Positions 62,596 through 64,000 of a stretch of 64,000 nt of DNA are shown piece by piece; position 1 is the first letter of the stretch, and each line of letters opens with the position of its first letter. The position numbers were made by a program, and so were the translations under genes. Origin of the DNA: Candidatus Latescibacterota bacterium (GTDB lineage: Bacteria; Latescibacterota; UBA2968; UBA8231); NCBI GenBank assembly GCA_965215195.1, contig CBDCDC010000002.1, forward strand, positions 4,192,001 to 4,256,000, in the 5' to 3' direction. A model generated the notes under the pieces. It saw nothing but the letters and a program-made list of their open reading frames with translations, was not told where the DNA came from and searched no databases.

Positions 62596-63312
62596 ATGCG
62601 CAGTATTTTCGCAGGCATTGAATACGCGGGGAAAAGCACGCTGGCCACCATGCTCGGGGAGTACTATCGGCACCGCCGAGTCCCCATTCACGGCGACGAT
62701 CACTTCACCCTCCCCGACGCCTCGCTCAGCCCGGCGTCGCGCAAGATCTTGGTCGGCCTGCCCAACGACATGAAGGAGCGCGGGCAGCGGATGCAGATCC
62801 ACTACCACGTTGACATTATTAAAAAGTACGCCTGTCCCCTGATCGTCGGCTGGCACTTAGAGGAAGCCGTGTACACCCGCTTTTACGGCGACGACCCGGA
62901 CAGCTTTTACTACCCGAACTTTCACTACGGCTTCCAGCGGCTCTACGAATCGCTGGTGCTAGAGGCCCATCTGCCCGATGTGGTGCTATTCCACGTAACG
63001 GCCTCGGACGAAGAGATCGCTCAGCGGATGCAGGACCGCCCGCACGAATATCCGGTCGTGCGCCGAGAACATATTGCCGAGGTCAAAGCGCACTTTGAGG
63101 AAGAGATCGCCGCGTCTCTGTTTAGCCACCAGAACCGCACAATCGTCTTAGACACCACCGGCAAGACGCCCGAAGAGTCGTTCGACGAGCTGCTCTTGAA
63201 GTCTGAGCCGCTGGTGACGATGGGCGAATTGGCCGTGCGCGCCATGCAGGTGCCGGAGGGCGAGTACGAAGTGGTGTACGAGCGCGGTGTGCGGAAGATG
63301 GTGCGAGATTGA
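62596..63312 (+). CDS. Hypothetical P-loop nucleotide-kinase-like protein
   Basis: FAGIEYAGKST Walker A; VLDTTGKTPEE C-terminus. Confidence 0.65.
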   Translation: MRSIFAGIEYAGKSTLATMLGEYYRHRRVPIHGDDHFTLPDASLSPASRKILVGLPNDMKERGQRMQIHYHVDIIKKYACPLIVGWHLEEAVYTRFYGDDPDSFYYPNFHYGFQRLYESLVLEAHLPDVVLFHVTASDEEIAQRMQDRPHEYPVVRREHIAEVKAHFEEEIAASLFSHQNRTIVLDTTGKTPEESFDELLLKSEPLVTMGELAVRAMQVPEGEYEVVYERGVRKMVRD

Positions 63313-63403
63313 CCCATGACCGAACAAGCCGAACTGGGGCAGGATATCACCGACATAAACCGCTGGCTAGCGCGGCAAGCCAGTTGAAGATATTGAGCTA
63401 ACT

Positions 63404-63778
63404 TTGCTCGTGCGCTGTGTTTGGTCAGTCGTCGATTTGCGCAAGCCCTCCGTAACCACGTCTCTATCCCTGCTGCTGGCCCTCGCCTGTAGCGGCTTGC
63501 AGGTTCTCTGTGCTCCGTGTGTCGCAGAGGCCGCCCCCATGCCCTGCCACGTCGCCAATGCCTGCGGCGGCGAGGGCCTGCAAGCGGGTTGTTGCTGTCT
63601 GCGCGCAGACCGCAAGTTCGTCCCCCCAGCCGAGCAGCCCTCCGTCTCAACGCCCTTGGTCGGAATGGTTGCGTCTGCCTCTGCGCCGCCTCGCTCGTCT
63701 GCGCTGCGGTCGCGTCCCAGCCGCGTCCCCCAGCCGCATCCCCCACTTTTCCAACTATACTGTTCCTTTCTGATCTAA
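63404..63778 (+). CDS. Small Cys/His-rich protein preceding a TolC-like gene
   Basis: CAPC, PMPCH, GCCC, ends PHPPLFQLYCSFLI; start uncertain. Confidence 0.5.
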   Translation: MLVRCVWSVVDLRKPSVTTSLSLLLALACSGLQVLCAPCVAEAAPMPCHVANACGGEGLQAGCCCLRADRKFVPPAEQPSVSTPLVGMVASASAPPRSSALRSRPSRVPQPHPPLFQLYCSFLI

Positions 63779-63872
63779 TCCTCGTTGCATTGCGGTGCCC
63801 AGTGCCCAGTCCCAACCCGTCCGTTGGGACTAACCACTAACCACTATTGCCGTCGCGGCGAGGAGTATTTGC

Positions 63873-64000
63873 ATGTACAAAAGTAGAACGGCCCTGCTGC
63901 TGGCCGGTCTGGTTGCAGGCCCGGTCTGGTCGCAGGAAGAAGTGCCCAGTACGCTCGCGGAGTATGCGCGCTACGCCGAACAGCACAACCCCAAGCTCAA
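63873..64000 (+). CDS. TolC-family outer-membrane protein, 5' part
   Basis: GAGGAG RBS; signal peptide then TLAEYARYAEQHNPKL, typical of a TolC N-terminus. Confidence 0.55.
   Translation, partial: MYKSRTALLLAGLVAGPVWSQEEVPSTLAEYARYAEQHNPKL

Noticed and set aside
63316-63387. 23-aa ORF MTEQAELGQDITDINRWLARQAS after the kinase-like gene
   Set aside because: Too short, with no motif; could be a gene remnant but cannot be supported.

Overview
GC-rich chromosomal segment of a diderm bacterium. The gene content (TonB receptor + T9SS-type CTD protein + PorV, ASPIC/UnbV, group II GGGP synthase) suggests an FCB-group lineage such as Latescibacterota; this is inference only. From left to right it holds: an RND efflux operon with two permeases behind a sigma70 promoter and a palindromic operator; a decayed galM fragment; a Fic-HTH gene with a duplicated AT-rich operator; a lipoprotein DUF151 protein; two Gfo/Idh/MocA oxidoreductases; and ASPIC/UnbV and TPR proteins. 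A ~20 kb co-directional locus (13.8-33.7 kb) follows. In it, oppA and oppBC flank an uncharacterised 8-gene module (orphan GlmL-like ASKHA ATPase, barrel-sandwich/KOW protein, DUF6754-like protein, several membrane proteins) and a TonB receptor-CTD protein-PorV-TPR block. The locus has no ABC ATPase and no glutamate mutase, and it is the best candidate for an undescribed system. The rest is mostly housekeeping: lysA, carbamoyltransferase-sxtJ, tadA, 3 tRNAs, large SRP RNA, dnaX, recR, pgsA, pgpA, recA, recX, alaS, GGGP synthase, ptsH, ptsI, metK, clpB, HtrA, hemH and the start of a TolC-like gene. There are also two copies of a REP/MITE-like element. No CRISPR array, integrase or transposase was seen. 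Family assignments come from motif recognition, not database searches.
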